A DNA stretch of 64,000 nt, taken from positions 566,321 to 630,320 of the forward strand of contig CAVURJ010000001.1 in the NCBI GenBank assembly GCA_963743885.1, given 5' to 3'. How positions within the stretch are numbered: the stretch's first letter is position 1; each line of letters begins with the position of its first letter. The notes beneath the pieces were generated by a model, which was not told where the DNA came from, did no database searches, and saw only the letters and a list, made by a program, of their open reading frames with translations. Made by a program: the position numbers and the translations under genes. Origin of the DNA: Candidatus Moraniibacteriota bacterium (GTDB lineage: Bacteria; Patescibacteriota; Minisyncoccia; Moranbacterales; UBA1568). Shown here in pieces: positions 37,169-46,926 of the stretch.

Positions 37169-38857
37169 ATGTTACTTATTCCTGAAAGCATCTTTCTGTG
37201 GGGAACAGTGTTCCTTGTATTTTTTATTGGAGCCTTTGTTGTTTATAAAGATCCGAAACAATATTTGAATAAGAGTTTTTTTCTATTCACGTTGGCAGTG
37301 ATAATTTGGATTATTGCTGTATACTTTGAGGATAATGTTTCCAATCCGATAACGCGCATTTATTTACTTAATCTTGATTTTTCAGCAGGCGCTTTTTTGG
37401 TGTTTAGTTTGTTGCTGTTGTGTCTTGATATGGTCCAGTCTGATTTGGTGAGAAGGCCACTAGCAAGAGTGTTAATTTTTGTTATTCCGGTTATTTTGAG
37501 TGTTCTTATTTTTAGTTCAGATTTTATTATAAGTGGTTATGAATTTTCAAAATTTGGCATACTAGTTCCGATGTATGGTAGTTTTGGATTTCTTTATGAT
37601 GTGATAGTTGCTATTGTCGCTTTGGCTGGACTTGGCATTGTGTTATGGAAATATAATGACGTTGGTTCTGCTGATAAGACTCGTTACGCATATTTCATGG
37701 TTGGACTTCTTCTTTCTATATTGACCGCGCTGGTCACTAATGTCATCCTTGGCGATTATATACAGAATAGCCCGTATTATAGTATTTATTCTCGCTTCGG
37801 AATTTATGGGATGCTTTTTATAGTCTTGTTTCCGGGTTACGCGATTATTCGGCATAAGCTTTTTAATATTCGTGTAATTGCTGCTGAGACGCTTTCTTTT
37901 CTGATGCTACTTATCATGTTCGTTCAGATATTCTTTTCTGAGAACATGTTCCAGATTTTTGCCAGAGCCCTTTTGTTTCTCGTGTTCTTTATTCTTGTCG
38001 TCATGCTTATTCGTTCCATTGAGAACGAAGTCGAGCGCAAGGAGGAGCTGCAGATGATCTCGGACAGCTTGGCGTCGGCCAATGAGCGGCTGCGACGGCT
38101 CGATAACGCCAAGTCGGAGTTCATCTCCATCGCGTCGCACCAGTTGCGCACACCGCTTACTGCCATCAAGGGATATGTCTCGCTCATCCTCGAGGGGTCG
38201 TACGGCAAGGTGAGCGCGGAAGTGGAGGACGTGCTCGAGAAAGTGTACGGGGTCCAGGGGCAGCTCGCGCAGCTCGTCGAGGATTTGCTCAATGTCTCTC
38301 GCATCGAGTCTGGTCGTATCCAGTATCAGTATGCGCCGGTCCGACTTGAGATGATCATCACTGATCTGGTTGATATGTTTTCAATCACAGCCAAGGACAA
38401 GGGAATCGCGCTTCGGATGCATCTCTCCAAGAAGGCGTTGCCACAGCTTACGATCGATGCCGGGAAGATCAAGGAGACAATCTCCAATCTTATCGATAAC
38501 GCCGTGAAGTATACGCCGCAGGGTGGGGAAGTAAGGATTTTTCTTGAGGGCGATGAAGAGCGTCACGTGGCGCGCGTGACCGTCGAGGATACCGGTGTCG
38601 GCATCCTTCCGGAAGATAAGGACAGACTGTTTGAAAAGTTCGTGAGGAGCAAGGAGACGGCGAAGATGGTGACATCTGGCACGGGTCTCGGCCTGTACGT
38701 TGGCAAGAACTTCGTCGAGGCGCATGGCGGCCGGATCTGGGCAGAATCGGAAGGTCAGGGGCAAGGGGCGCGTTTCATTGTGGAGCTGCCGTACGAGTAT
38801 TCCGCTGCCGGTCGTGATGAGGTCGCGACATTCGGCAAGAGCTATGAGGGGAAGTAG
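37169..38857 (+). CDS. Sensor histidine kinase, paralog of the gene at 33527, with a different AT-rich N-terminal membrane sensor domain
   Basis: H-box SEFISIASHQLRTPL and HATPase_c motifs. The N-terminal ~260 codons are AT-rich, while the kinase core is GC-rich. Confidence 0.85.
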   Translation: MLLIPESIFLWGTVFLVFFIGAFVVYKDPKQYLNKSFFLFTLAVIIWIIAVYFEDNVSNPITRIYLLNLDFSAGAFLVFSLLLLCLDMVQSDLVRRPLARVLIFVIPVILSVLIFSSDFIISGYEFSKFGILVPMYGSFGFLYDVIVAIVALAGLGIVLWKYNDVGSADKTRYAYFMVGLLLSILTALVTNVILGDYIQNSPYYSIYSRFGIYGMLFIVLFPGYAIIRHKLFNIRVIAAETLSFLMLLIMFVQIFFSENMFQIFARALLFLVFFILVVMLIRSIENEVERKEELQMISDSLASANERLRRLDNAKSEFISIASHQLRTPLTAIKGYVSLILEGSYGKVSAEVEDVLEKVYGVQGQLAQLVEDLLNVSRIESGRIQYQYAPVRLEMIITDLVDMFSITAKDKGIALRMHLSKKALPQLTIDAGKIKETISNLIDNAVKYTPQGGEVRIFLEGDEERHVARVTVEDTGVGILPEDKDRLFEKFVRSKETAKMVTSGTGLGLYVGKNFVEAHGGRIWAESEGQGQGARFIVELPYEYSAAGRDEVATFGKSYEGK

Positions 38858-38935
38858 TGGAAAAGATTGATTTTCCGGTCTTTTTCTGCTACCGTAAAGG
38901 GGAAATTTGCTTTCAGAAAAAAATAATATATCAAT

Positions 38936-39778
38936 ATGCCGAAGATACTGTTTGTCGAGGATGATCCGTTCATCGCTGAGATCTACAAGAAGAAGTTCGA
39001 GTCATCCGGCTTTGATGTGCTCAATGTCGCAAATGGTAAGGCCGTCCTTAAGGAAGCCAAGGAACAGAAGTTCGACCTCATCCTCTTGGACCTGGTGATC
39101 CCAGAGATGAGCGGCACTGAGGTGCTCCGTGAGCTCCGGCACAATCCGGACTATGATCCAGATATGAAGATTGTCGTCTTCAGCAACCTTTCCAGTCAGG
39201 AGGATCGCGACCAGTGTCTCAAGCTCGGAGCCAATGGCTTTATTTCCAAGACTGAGTTTTCTCCGTCCGAGGTAATCGGAGAAATCAATCGTTTCCTCCG
39301 CCAGTTCGATGAGCGCGAAAAAAATCTCGAGCGCGATGGCCAGGATGAGCAGGCGGCCGAGGAAGTGCGTCGCCAGGGCAAGGGTGCTGGCAAGAAAATT
39401 CTCTTTATCGAGGATGAGCCGGTCTTTGTCGAGATGTTTGGCAAGCGCCTTCGCGACGAAGGGTACGGAGTGACGGCGGTGCGCGATGGTGTCTCGGGTC
39501 TCCAGGCGGCGATCGATGGGACGTTTGATCTCGTCATCTGCGATATCATGATGCCGGGTATGGATGGCCGTGAGCTTGTGACCAAGTTGCGCGAGGCCGA
39601 GAAGGAGAATAATACGCCAGTCTTTGTATTCTCAGCATCGCTCGATACGGCCGAGCTCAAGGAGCTTGAGGCGACGCATGATGTGGAAAAGACGTTCCTC
39701 AAGACTCAGATCACGCCGAGCGAGCTGACATATGCTGTGAATGATTTTTTCAAGGAACGCGAGGAGAAAACTGCCTAA
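38936..39778 (+). CDS. Response regulator with two tandem receiver domains and no output domain
   Basis: REC1: ILFVEDDP...DLILLDLVIPEMSG...K. REC2: ILFIEDEP...DLVICDIMMPGMDG. An acidic linker separates them. Confidence 0.8.
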   Translation: MPKILFVEDDPFIAEIYKKKFESSGFDVLNVANGKAVLKEAKEQKFDLILLDLVIPEMSGTEVLRELRHNPDYDPDMKIVVFSNLSSQEDRDQCLKLGANGFISKTEFSPSEVIGEINRFLRQFDEREKNLERDGQDEQAAEEVRRQGKGAGKKILFIEDEPVFVEMFGKRLRDEGYGVTAVRDGVSGLQAAIDGTFDLVICDIMMPGMDGRELVTKLREAEKENNTPVFVFSASLDTAELKELEATHDVEKTFLKTQITPSELTYAVNDFFKEREEKTA

Positions 39779-39799
39779 CTGATTGACTGAACGACCGAT

Positions 39800-41206
39800 A
39801 TGGAAAGGATACTGATCGCTGAGACACCGAAGCATACAGGGGAAGAAGTGAAGCTCGCCGGGTGGGTGCATGTGCGCCGCGATCATGGCAAGCTCGTGTT
39901 CATCGATCTCCGCGATCGGAGCGGTAAGGTGCAGATGGTGGTGCTGCCGCATCATCCGGAGGCACATGCCGCCGCCCAGGCGCTCCGTTCTGAGTGGGTC
40001 ATTGAGGTGACTGGCAACGTCAATCCGCGTCCGGAAAAGCTCGTCAATCATGACCAGCCGAATGGCGCCATCGAGATAGAAGTGCTTTCAATCAAAGTGC
40101 TGAACGAGGCAGAGACACCAGTGTTTGATATCGATTCGGATGGCAAGGAGATTGGCGAAGAGACGCGCCTCACATACCGGTATCTTGATTTGCGCCGTGA
40201 GCGGATGCAGCAGAATATCCGCAAGCGTCATGAAGTCATGCTCCGTCTCCGCCAGTCCTATTCAAACGAAGGTTTCGTCGAGATCGAGACGCCGTACATG
40301 ACCAAGTCGACACCGGAAGGTTCGCGCGACTATGTCGTCCCGTCCCGCATCGAGCAGGGCAAATTCTATGCGCTCCCGCAGTCGCCGCAGCAGTACAAGC
40401 AGCTCTTGATGTCTGCCGGGTTCGAGCGGTATTTCCAGATTGCTCGTTGTTTCCGCGATGAGGATACTCGTGGTGATCGCCAGCCGGAGTTCACCCAGGT
40501 GGATATGGAGATGAGCTTCGTCACGCAGGAAGATGTGATGCGGATCAACGAGGCGGTCATCGTGGATGCGGTCAAGACAATCTACCCGGAGAAGAGGATT
40601 CAGGAACTGCCGTTCCCGCGCATTACCTACAAGGAAGCGATGGAGAAGTACGGTTCCGATAAGCCGGATATCCGTACCGACAAGAACGATCCGAATCTGC
40701 TCGCATTCTGCTGGGTGATCGACTTCCCGTTCTTCGAGAACGATGACAAGGGTGGATGGACATTTACGCACAATCCGTTCTCCGCACCGAAGCCCGAGTG
40801 CATGGGCGACCTCATGGAGAAGAAGAATATCGGAGAGATTGTCGCAGCTCAGTATGATATGGTGCTCAATGGCTACGAGATCGGTGGCGGTGGTATCCGC
40901 AATCATGACCCGGAAGCGCTCAAGCGCGTGTTCCAGGTGATGGGCTATGAGGATGAGCGCATCGAGAAGAATTTCGGCCATATGCTCCAGGCGCTCGCTT
41001 CTGGCACGCCTCCACATGGCGGTTTGGCATTCGGTTTTGATCGTCTGATGATGCTTCTTCAGGGCGAGCCGAACATCCGCGAGGTCATCCCGTTCGCCAA
41101 GACCGGCGAGGGCAGGGATCTCATGATGCAGGCGCCTTCAGATATCTCTTCCGAGCAGTTGGCTGAGCTTGGTATCCGTATCGTGAGGCCGGAAAAAGCC
41201 GATTAA
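39800..41206 (+). CDS. aspS: Aspartyl-tRNA synthetase, short form lacking the GAD insertion
   Basis: An OB-fold N-domain, the QSPQQYKQLLM motif, and class II motifs 2 and 3 (FRDEDTRGDRQPEFTQVDME; GGGIRNHD). Confidence 0.9.
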   Translation: MERILIAETPKHTGEEVKLAGWVHVRRDHGKLVFIDLRDRSGKVQMVVLPHHPEAHAAAQALRSEWVIEVTGNVNPRPEKLVNHDQPNGAIEIEVLSIKVLNEAETPVFDIDSDGKEIGEETRLTYRYLDLRRERMQQNIRKRHEVMLRLRQSYSNEGFVEIETPYMTKSTPEGSRDYVVPSRIEQGKFYALPQSPQQYKQLLMSAGFERYFQIARCFRDEDTRGDRQPEFTQVDMEMSFVTQEDVMRINEAVIVDAVKTIYPEKRIQELPFPRITYKEAMEKYGSDKPDIRTDKNDPNLLAFCWVIDFPFFENDDKGGWTFTHNPFSAPKPECMGDLMEKKNIGEIVAAQYDMVLNGYEIGGGGIRNHDPEALKRVFQVMGYEDERIEKNFGHMLQALASGTPPHGGLAFGFDRLMMLLQGEPNIREVIPFAKTGEGRDLMMQAPSDISSEQLAELGIRIVRPEKAD

Positions 41207-41281
41207 CGGCTTAACTGGAATATTTTTCAGGAATGGGATACAATGGGGTGTATCCCATTTTTTGTGGCATGTTTCTGTATG

Positions 41282-42373
41282 AGCAAGCTGGAGCAATTCC
41301 TCTCTGATATTCAAAAAGGCTTGATAGAGCGTTTTTTCAGCAATCTTTCTCCGGATATTGGCATTGATCTTGGGACAGCCAATACGCTCGTTTATGTGAA
41401 GGGGCGCGGTATCGTGATCAATGAGCCGTCGGTCGTGGCGGTCAACCAGCGGACCGGACAGATCCTCGCTATCGGCCGCGAGGCCAAGAAGATGGTCGGC
41501 AAGACCCCGAGTCATATCGTGGCGACTCGGCCGCTCGTCGATGGCGTGGTGAGCGATTTCGAGGTGACCCAGCAGATGCTCCGTTATTTCATCAACAAGG
41601 TGACGAAGGACGGCTTTTCGTTCCTGCGTCGGCCGCGCCTTCTCATCGGTATCCCGTCTGGTGTGACCGAAGTGGAGAAGCGTGCCGTGATTGAGGCAGG
41701 TCTCAGTGCCGGAGCGCGCCAGGTGTTCCTGATCGATGAGCCGATGGCAGCTGCTATTGGCGCCCGTCTGCCGGTCGTTGATGCTGGTGGCAATATGGTC
41801 GTCGATATCGGCGGCGGTACGACGGAGATCGCAGTCATCTCGCTCGGAGGTGTGGTCATCTCGCGCAGCCTTCGCGTGGCTGGTGATGAGATGAACGAAG
41901 ACATCGTGCGCTACAGTCGTGATGAGTTCAATATCTTGATTGGCGAGAAGACGGCTGAAGAGGCGAAGATCGCTATCGGCAATGCGTACCAGCAGCGCGA
42001 GCGGCTGACGTTTCCAATGCGCGGACGCGATCTGGTCTCTGGGTTGCCCAAGGAAGTGATTGCCAATGACGAGCATATGCGTGAGGCGCTTTCTCGTTCG
42101 ATTCGCATCATCGTGAACAATATCAAGACGATTGTCGAAGAGACACCGCCAGAGCTTCTAGCTGATGTTATGCAGCGCGGTATCATCCTGGCCGGTGGCG
42201 GCAGCCTCATCCGTGGCCTCGACAAGCTCATCGCCAACCAGACCGGCATTCCGGTGCGCATGATGGAAGATCCGCTTACGGCTGTTGTGCGCGGTACCGG
42301 CATCGTGCTCGATGATATGGAGCATCTCAAGGAAGTACTCATCGAAGAAGAAGAAGGAAGACCTCTGGGATAA
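41282..42373 (+). CDS. mreB: Rod shape-determining protein MreB
   Basis: DIGIDLGTANTLVYVKGRGIV, EPMAAAIGA and DIGGGTTEIAVISLGG actin-fold motifs. The ORF track starts the frame at 41243. Confidence 0.9.
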   Translation, partial: SKLEQFLSDIQKGLIERFFSNLSPDIGIDLGTANTLVYVKGRGIVINEPSVVAVNQRTGQILAIGREAKKMVGKTPSHIVATRPLVDGVVSDFEVTQQMLRYFINKVTKDGFSFLRRPRLLIGIPSGVTEVEKRAVIEAGLSAGARQVFLIDEPMAAAIGARLPVVDAGGNMVVDIGGGTTEIAVISLGGVVISRSLRVAGDEMNEDIVRYSRDEFNILIGEKTAEEAKIAIGNAYQQRERLTFPMRGRDLVSGLPKEVIANDEHMREALSRSIRIIVNNIKTIVEETPPELLADVMQRGIILAGGGSLIRGLDKLIANQTGIPVRMMEDPLTAVVRGTGIVLDDMEHLKEVLIEEEEGRPLG

Positions 42374-42375
42374 AG

Positions 42376-42540
42376 AATGGTGAATTGAGAATCAAGAATT
42401 ATGAATGGGATGGGATCCGGAGAGTGTATTTCCAGGAATGGATGCTTTGCAGTTTTTGTCAGCAAATCGTACAAGAAAGGGAAACGGCTGATATGCAAAT
42501 CTTGATTCTTAATTCTTGATTCTGGATTCTTTTCCTATTA
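42376..42540. repeat. Low-complexity imperfect inverted repeat spacer (gaatcaagaattatgaatgg / aatcttgattcttaattcttgattc)
   Basis: Uses the same word family as the spacer at 11246. Confidence 0.45.
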
Positions 42541-43397
42541 TGGCTTTACGGAGGAAATTCACACAGACCAAATTCTTCAAAGCGATGGTCGTTGCCGCCA
42601 TCCTTGGTCTGTTCATGGTGTTTCCGCCACGTTTTCTTTCTGACCCGCTCCGCGCGTTTTTTTCGATGGTTGCCTGGCCGATCGGGAAGGTGGCGTCATT
42701 CGTATCTTTCGAGGCGAGTGATGCCGCGCGCTTCTTCTCTTCCATAGGCAGCTTGAAGGATGAGAATATCCGTCTCGAGAAGGAGCGCTTGGTTCTTCTT
42801 GCTGAGAATGCCCGGCTTGCCGATCTGGTGAAAGATGATGAGACGCTCCGGAGCGAGCTTGGTCTTTTGCCGCGCGACGCGTTCGATCTTGCAGCCGTAT
42901 CAGTCATCGGACGTGAGGACGCTGATGGATCCGGGCACGCACTTATCATCGACCATGGATCCCTTTCTGGTATTGCAGAAGGAATGCCAGTCATCGTGTC
43001 GGGTGGCAAGACGGCTGCCGGCGCGTCTTCTGGCGTGCTCGTTGGACGTGTCGACCAGGTTTTCCCAGCGAGCGCTCGAGTGATGCTGGTTTCTGATCCT
43101 GAGAGTCGTATCAACGCTATCGTTCCAGATACCGATGCGCGTGGCATCGTGAAGGGTGAACATGGGCTCGGGGCGATGCTTGATATGGTGCTCCAAGCGG
43201 ATGCTATCCATGCTGGCGATACGGTTGTGACATCAGGGCTTGGCGGCGATATGCCAGAAGGTCTCCTTATCGGTACGCTCCAGGACCCGAGCTTTTCGCC
43301 TGACCGACTTTTCCGCCGCGCTGCGGTGGTCTTTCCTGTCCGTCATGATCGCCTGCGATACGTCTTTGTCATAATCGGTCCAGCAAAGAAACCATGA
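42540..43397 (+). CDS. mreC: Rod shape-determining protein MreC
   Basis: N-terminal TM, a coiled coil (LKDENIRLEKERLVLLAEN), and a beta-barrel domain. It lies directly downstream of mreB. Confidence 0.75.
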   Translation: MALRRKFTQTKFFKAMVVAAILGLFMVFPPRFLSDPLRAFFSMVAWPIGKVASFVSFEASDAARFFSSIGSLKDENIRLEKERLVLLAENARLADLVKDDETLRSELGLLPRDAFDLAAVSVIGREDADGSGHALIIDHGSLSGIAEGMPVIVSGGKTAAGASSGVLVGRVDQVFPASARVMLVSDPESRINAIVPDTDARGIVKGEHGLGAMLDMVLQADAIHAGDTVVTSGLGGDMPEGLLIGTLQDPSFSPDRLFRRAAVVFPVRHDRLRYVFVIIGPAKKP

Positions 43398-43942
43398 AGA
43401 TATTCCTTCTCCGATCTTCTGCTATCGTTATCGCTGTCGCACTGCAGCTGTCATTCTTCGATATCGCTTTTCCGTGGTTCCATGTGCCGCTCCTGCTCAT
43501 AGCGTGTGTGGTGGCCTGGACGCTCGCACTCGGCTTTCCTGAATCGCTTCGGATGACCGTGCCGCTCTCGGTCGCTTTCGAGGTGTTTTCCTCGGGTACT
43601 GTCGGTATTTTCTCGCTCTACGCCGTCCTCCTCGCGTATGCGACGAGCTTCCTGTCGCGCCGTATTTTGGTCGGGCAGCGCGGTGCCGGTGCATTTTTGT
43701 ATGCAGTCTTCACGGCGGCGATGGCGCTCGCTTATCAGGGAGCGATGTATCTGCTTCTGCGTAGCCGGACAGATGCCGCCGAGTCGGATCTTCTGCGTCT
43801 CCCATCTGAATTTTCACCTGGTATGCTGTTCCTTTCTGTCGCTCTTGCCATCCTAGCGTTCCTCATCGCCTATCCGGCCATCTTACGCTTCGAAGAGCGT
43901 GCGAAATCAATTGCCCAGAAGCAGTTTTTGAATGTCAGGTAA
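43394..43942 (+). CDS. mreD: Putative rod shape-determining protein MreD
   Basis: A small polytopic membrane protein that overlaps the mreC stop, between mreC and mrdA. Confidence 0.5.
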   Translation: MKIFLLRSSAIVIAVALQLSFFDIAFPWFHVPLLLIACVVAWTLALGFPESLRMTVPLSVAFEVFSSGTVGIFSLYAVLLAYATSFLSRRILVGQRGAGAFLYAVFTAAMALAYQGAMYLLLRSRTDAAESDLLRLPSEFSPGMLFLSVALAILAFLIAYPAILRFEERAKSIAQKQFLNVR

Positions 43943-44099
43943 TATGCCCGGTAGTAGAATTTCGAAATGAGATTCTTCCAGGGAATGAAAAAACCGATGT
44001 ACGTATTTTTCCACGGTCGTAGGAAAATATGTACATTCTGAATCAAAAGAGATATAGACGTGATTAAGTTAATTGTTCGAAATTTCACTACCGGGTATG
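43941..44099 (+). promoter_or_regulatory. Long-range inverted repeat, copy B. The 5' arm is atatgcccggtagtagaatttcgaa (43941-43965) and the 3' arm is ttcgaaatttcactaccgggtATG (44076-44099), containing the mrdA start codon
   Basis: The arms are reverse complements of each other at 20 of 22 positions. An internal GTACGTATTTTTCC...GGAAAATATGTAC inverted repeat lies between them. Confidence 0.6.
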
Positions 44100-45986
44100 A
44101 AGCTGTTCGTGAAGAAAAATGAGTACCGGAGTGGCAGCATGGAGATTGATGATGCCGTGCTGACCGTGACGGAGACGGGCGCAGCCAAGATCGAGTGGCC
44201 ACTCAATCGTTCGGTGCTCGGCGTATTCTTTGTTGTTGCAGTGCTCGGCCTCGCAGCGCTCGCTGGCCGCATCTTTTATCTCGATATCGTCAAGGGAGCG
44301 GAATACCAGGAGAAGGCGGCTCGCAATAGCCTTCGCCAGATCGTCATACCGGCGCCGCGCGGCATCGTCTACGACCGTTTCGGCAAGGCGCTTGTGCGCA
44401 ATACGCCGAGTATGGACGCGGTCCTTATCCCGACGGATGTTCCCGAAGGCGATGGACGCGACCGGCTCCGAGAGACGCTGATTGGACTGCTTTCGCTCGA
44501 TCGAAGCGAAGCCGAAGATGTGTTTTCGCGTCTCGATCGCCGTTCTACCAAGCCGGTACTACTTAAGGAGCGTATCAGTCAGGAAGAAGCGCTCCTTATC
44601 GCTGGACAGGGCCGGGAGCTCCGGGGCGTTGGCCTCTACCGATCGGCATATCGGGATTATATGGATGGTCTCATCTTCTCGCATATTCTGGGGTATGAAG
44701 GCAAGATCAAGAAAGAAGAGCTTGAGGAGCATCCCGAGTATCTCATGACCGATGCTATCGGCAAGCAGGGCATCGAGAAGAGCTACGAGTCCGTCTTGCG
44801 CGGTCGACATGGTTTCCAGCGTGTGGAGGTGGATGCACTCGGCCAGGTGAAGAAGGACCTTGGGACCGTGTATCCGGAGGCGGGAAATGATCTCTTCCTC
44901 AATATTGATGCCGATCTTCAGAAGAAGATTTTCGATAGCCTTCAGACGTTGCTCGAGAAGAATGGTCTGCATCGGGCTGCCGCTGTCGCGATCGATCCGC
45001 GCGATGGCGCTGTGCGGGCGCTGGTCAGCCTGCCGAGCTTCGATAACAATCTCTTTTCGCAAGGCATTTCCTCGGCTGATTATCGGATGCTTGCTGATGA
45101 TCCGTCGCAGCCACTCTTCAATCGTGCGGTCTCGGGTGAGTATCCGCCTGGTTCGACTATCAAGCCGGTCGTCGCGGCCGCTGCGCTCGCAGAAGGCGTC
45201 GTCAGTCCCGACACGGTCGTCGATAGTCTCGGTGGCGCGCTCCGCATTGGGGCGGCGTCATTTCGCGACTGGACGGTCCATGGGCCGAGTGCTATCCGTC
45301 AAGCGATCGCAGAGAGTAATGACATCTTCTTTTACACGATTGGCGGCGGATACGGTCCGGTCCGTGGCTTGGGGATGGACCGCATGAAGAAGTACGAGGG
45401 ACTCTTCGGTTATGGAGAAAGGACCGGTATCGATACGACCGGTGAGGCGGATGGCCTGGTGCCGGATGCTCGTTGGAAGGAAGAAAAAATTGGTGAACGG
45501 TGGAGCATCGGCAATACGTACCATGCTTCCATTGGGCAGGGCTTCGTGCTTTCGACGCCGCTCCAGATCCTCAATTCCGTCGCCGCGATAGCGAACGGAG
45601 GTACGCTCTATGAGCCGCATATCGCTGCCCAGGTTCGTTCGGCTGGCGGTCAGGCATCGGTCATTGCACCCAAGGTTATCCGGAGTGGATTCATCGATCC
45701 AGGAGTGCTCCGGGTCGTGCGTGAGGGGATGCGGCAGACAGTGACCGGGGGCACGGCGCAGTCGCTTCAGGATCTGCCGGTCGAGACTGCTGGCAAGACC
45801 GGTACGGCGCAGTTCGGCGGTGATGGCAAGACGCATGGTTGGTTCGTCTCATTCGCGCCATATGAACATCCGGAGCTCGCGATGATCGTGCTGGTCGAGG
45901 GGCAGGGCGAGGAGGGATACAACGCTGTACCTGTGACCAAGGAAGCTTTTAGCTGGTATTTCTCACGTCCGTCGGAAAGTAGATAA
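44097..45986 (+). CDS. mrdA: Penicillin-binding protein 2 (peptidoglycan D,D-transpeptidase MrdA)
   Basis: A PBP dimerisation domain, and the transpeptidase motifs STIKP (PGSTIKPVV), SND (ESNDIFFY) and KTGT (GKTGTAQ). The ORF track starts the frame at 44073. Confidence 0.85.
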   Translation: MKLFVKKNEYRSGSMEIDDAVLTVTETGAAKIEWPLNRSVLGVFFVVAVLGLAALAGRIFYLDIVKGAEYQEKAARNSLRQIVIPAPRGIVYDRFGKALVRNTPSMDAVLIPTDVPEGDGRDRLRETLIGLLSLDRSEAEDVFSRLDRRSTKPVLLKERISQEEALLIAGQGRELRGVGLYRSAYRDYMDGLIFSHILGYEGKIKKEELEEHPEYLMTDAIGKQGIEKSYESVLRGRHGFQRVEVDALGQVKKDLGTVYPEAGNDLFLNIDADLQKKIFDSLQTLLEKNGLHRAAAVAIDPRDGAVRALVSLPSFDNNLFSQGISSADYRMLADDPSQPLFNRAVSGEYPPGSTIKPVVAAAALAEGVVSPDTVVDSLGGALRIGAASFRDWTVHGPSAIRQAIAESNDIFFYTIGGGYGPVRGLGMDRMKKYEGLFGYGERTGIDTTGEADGLVPDARWKEEKIGERWSIGNTYHASIGQGFVLSTPLQILNSVAAIANGGTLYEPHIAAQVRSAGGQASVIAPKVIRSGFIDPGVLRVVREGMRQTVTGGTAQSLQDLPVETAGKTGTAQFGGDGKTHGWFVSFAPYEHPELAMIVLVEGQGEEGYNAVPVTKEAFSWYFSRPSESR

Positions 45987-46111
45987 GCGGCTCACGGAAT
46001 GATGCCGGAGGAGATGAAGAGGAGCACGCGCCCCGTTGCAAATCTGAGGAAAATTCTCCGATATAAAGGTATAACGGGTATTCACCTCAGGGCAAGCCCT
46101 GGACTAAAAAA

Positions 46112-46183
46112 ACGAACCGATTTTACCAGCACTCGCTCGGAAACGAAAGTACACTTTCGTTTCGCTCGCTTCGTTTGGTAATA
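46112..46183 (-). repeat. ~80-nt intergenic repeat, copy 3 (reverse orientation)
   Basis: Its reverse complement reads attaccaaacgaagcgagcGAAACGAAAGTgtacACTTTCGTTTCcgagcgagtgctggtaaaatcgg. Confidence 0.7.
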
Positions 46184-46350
46184 AAAACCGTAGGGGATTG
46201 CTTTCGAGTTGATGTAAAATACCTCTATCAAGCCTCATTTGCAATGGGGTTGACAATACCCCGCCTTCTGATACCATAAGAGGCGCTTTCGATAATTCTC
46301 TTCCTTCGGGAATGAGAGTTTTTGTTTCAATACTGATAATACCAACCATC

Positions 46351-46806
46351 ATGGCGCGGATTTTTACTGAAGAAGGTCTCCGGAAGATAAAGGAGGAGCT
46401 CGAGGATCGCAAGACGACGCTTCGCCAGGAGATCGCGGCCGCTATCAAGGAAGCCAAGGAGCAGGGCGACCTCTCCGAGAACGCTGAGTACAGCGAGGCC
46501 AAGCATCAGCAGAACGAGAATGAGTCGCGCATCGCTGAGCTCGAGACCATGCTCAAGGATTCCGTCGTCGCTGCGAAGCACCGGAGCACCTCGACCGTCG
46601 GCATCGGCTCGCGTCTTACCGTGAAGGTCGGCCACAAGGAGATGCAGTTCACGATCGTCGGTTCGAATGAAGTCGATCCGGCCCAGGGCAAGATCTCCAA
46701 TGAGTCTCCGCTCGGCAAGGAGTTCATGGGCAAGGGGAAGGGCGATAAGATTGAGTTCGCTGCTCCGGCTGGCAAGGTCAAATACGAGATCCTTGAGATC
46801 AAGTAG
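46351..46806 (+). CDS. greA: Transcription elongation factor GreA
   Basis: MARIFTEEGLRKIKEELE... with DLSENAEYSEAK in the N-terminal coiled coil, and a C-terminal FKBP-like domain. Confidence 0.9.
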   Translation: MARIFTEEGLRKIKEELEDRKTTLRQEIAAAIKEAKEQGDLSENAEYSEAKHQQNENESRIAELETMLKDSVVAAKHRSTSTVGIGSRLTVKVGHKEMQFTIVGSNEVDPAQGKISNESPLGKEFMGKGKGDKIEFAAPAGKVKYEILEIK

Positions 46807-46814
46807 ATATTTCA

Positions 46815-46846
46815 AGCCCCTCCTGCGTGGAGGGGCTTTCTTTTTG
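46815..46846 (+). terminator. Rho-independent terminator of greA
   Basis: AGCCCCTCC tgcgt GGAGGGGCT, then TTCTTTTT. Confidence 0.8.
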
Positions 46847-46926
46847 GCTTGACAGAACGGAAAATATTGATTAATCTTCCGATAAGATTTTCTGTTAATC
46901 TTTTTAAAACATTTTATGTATACTCT

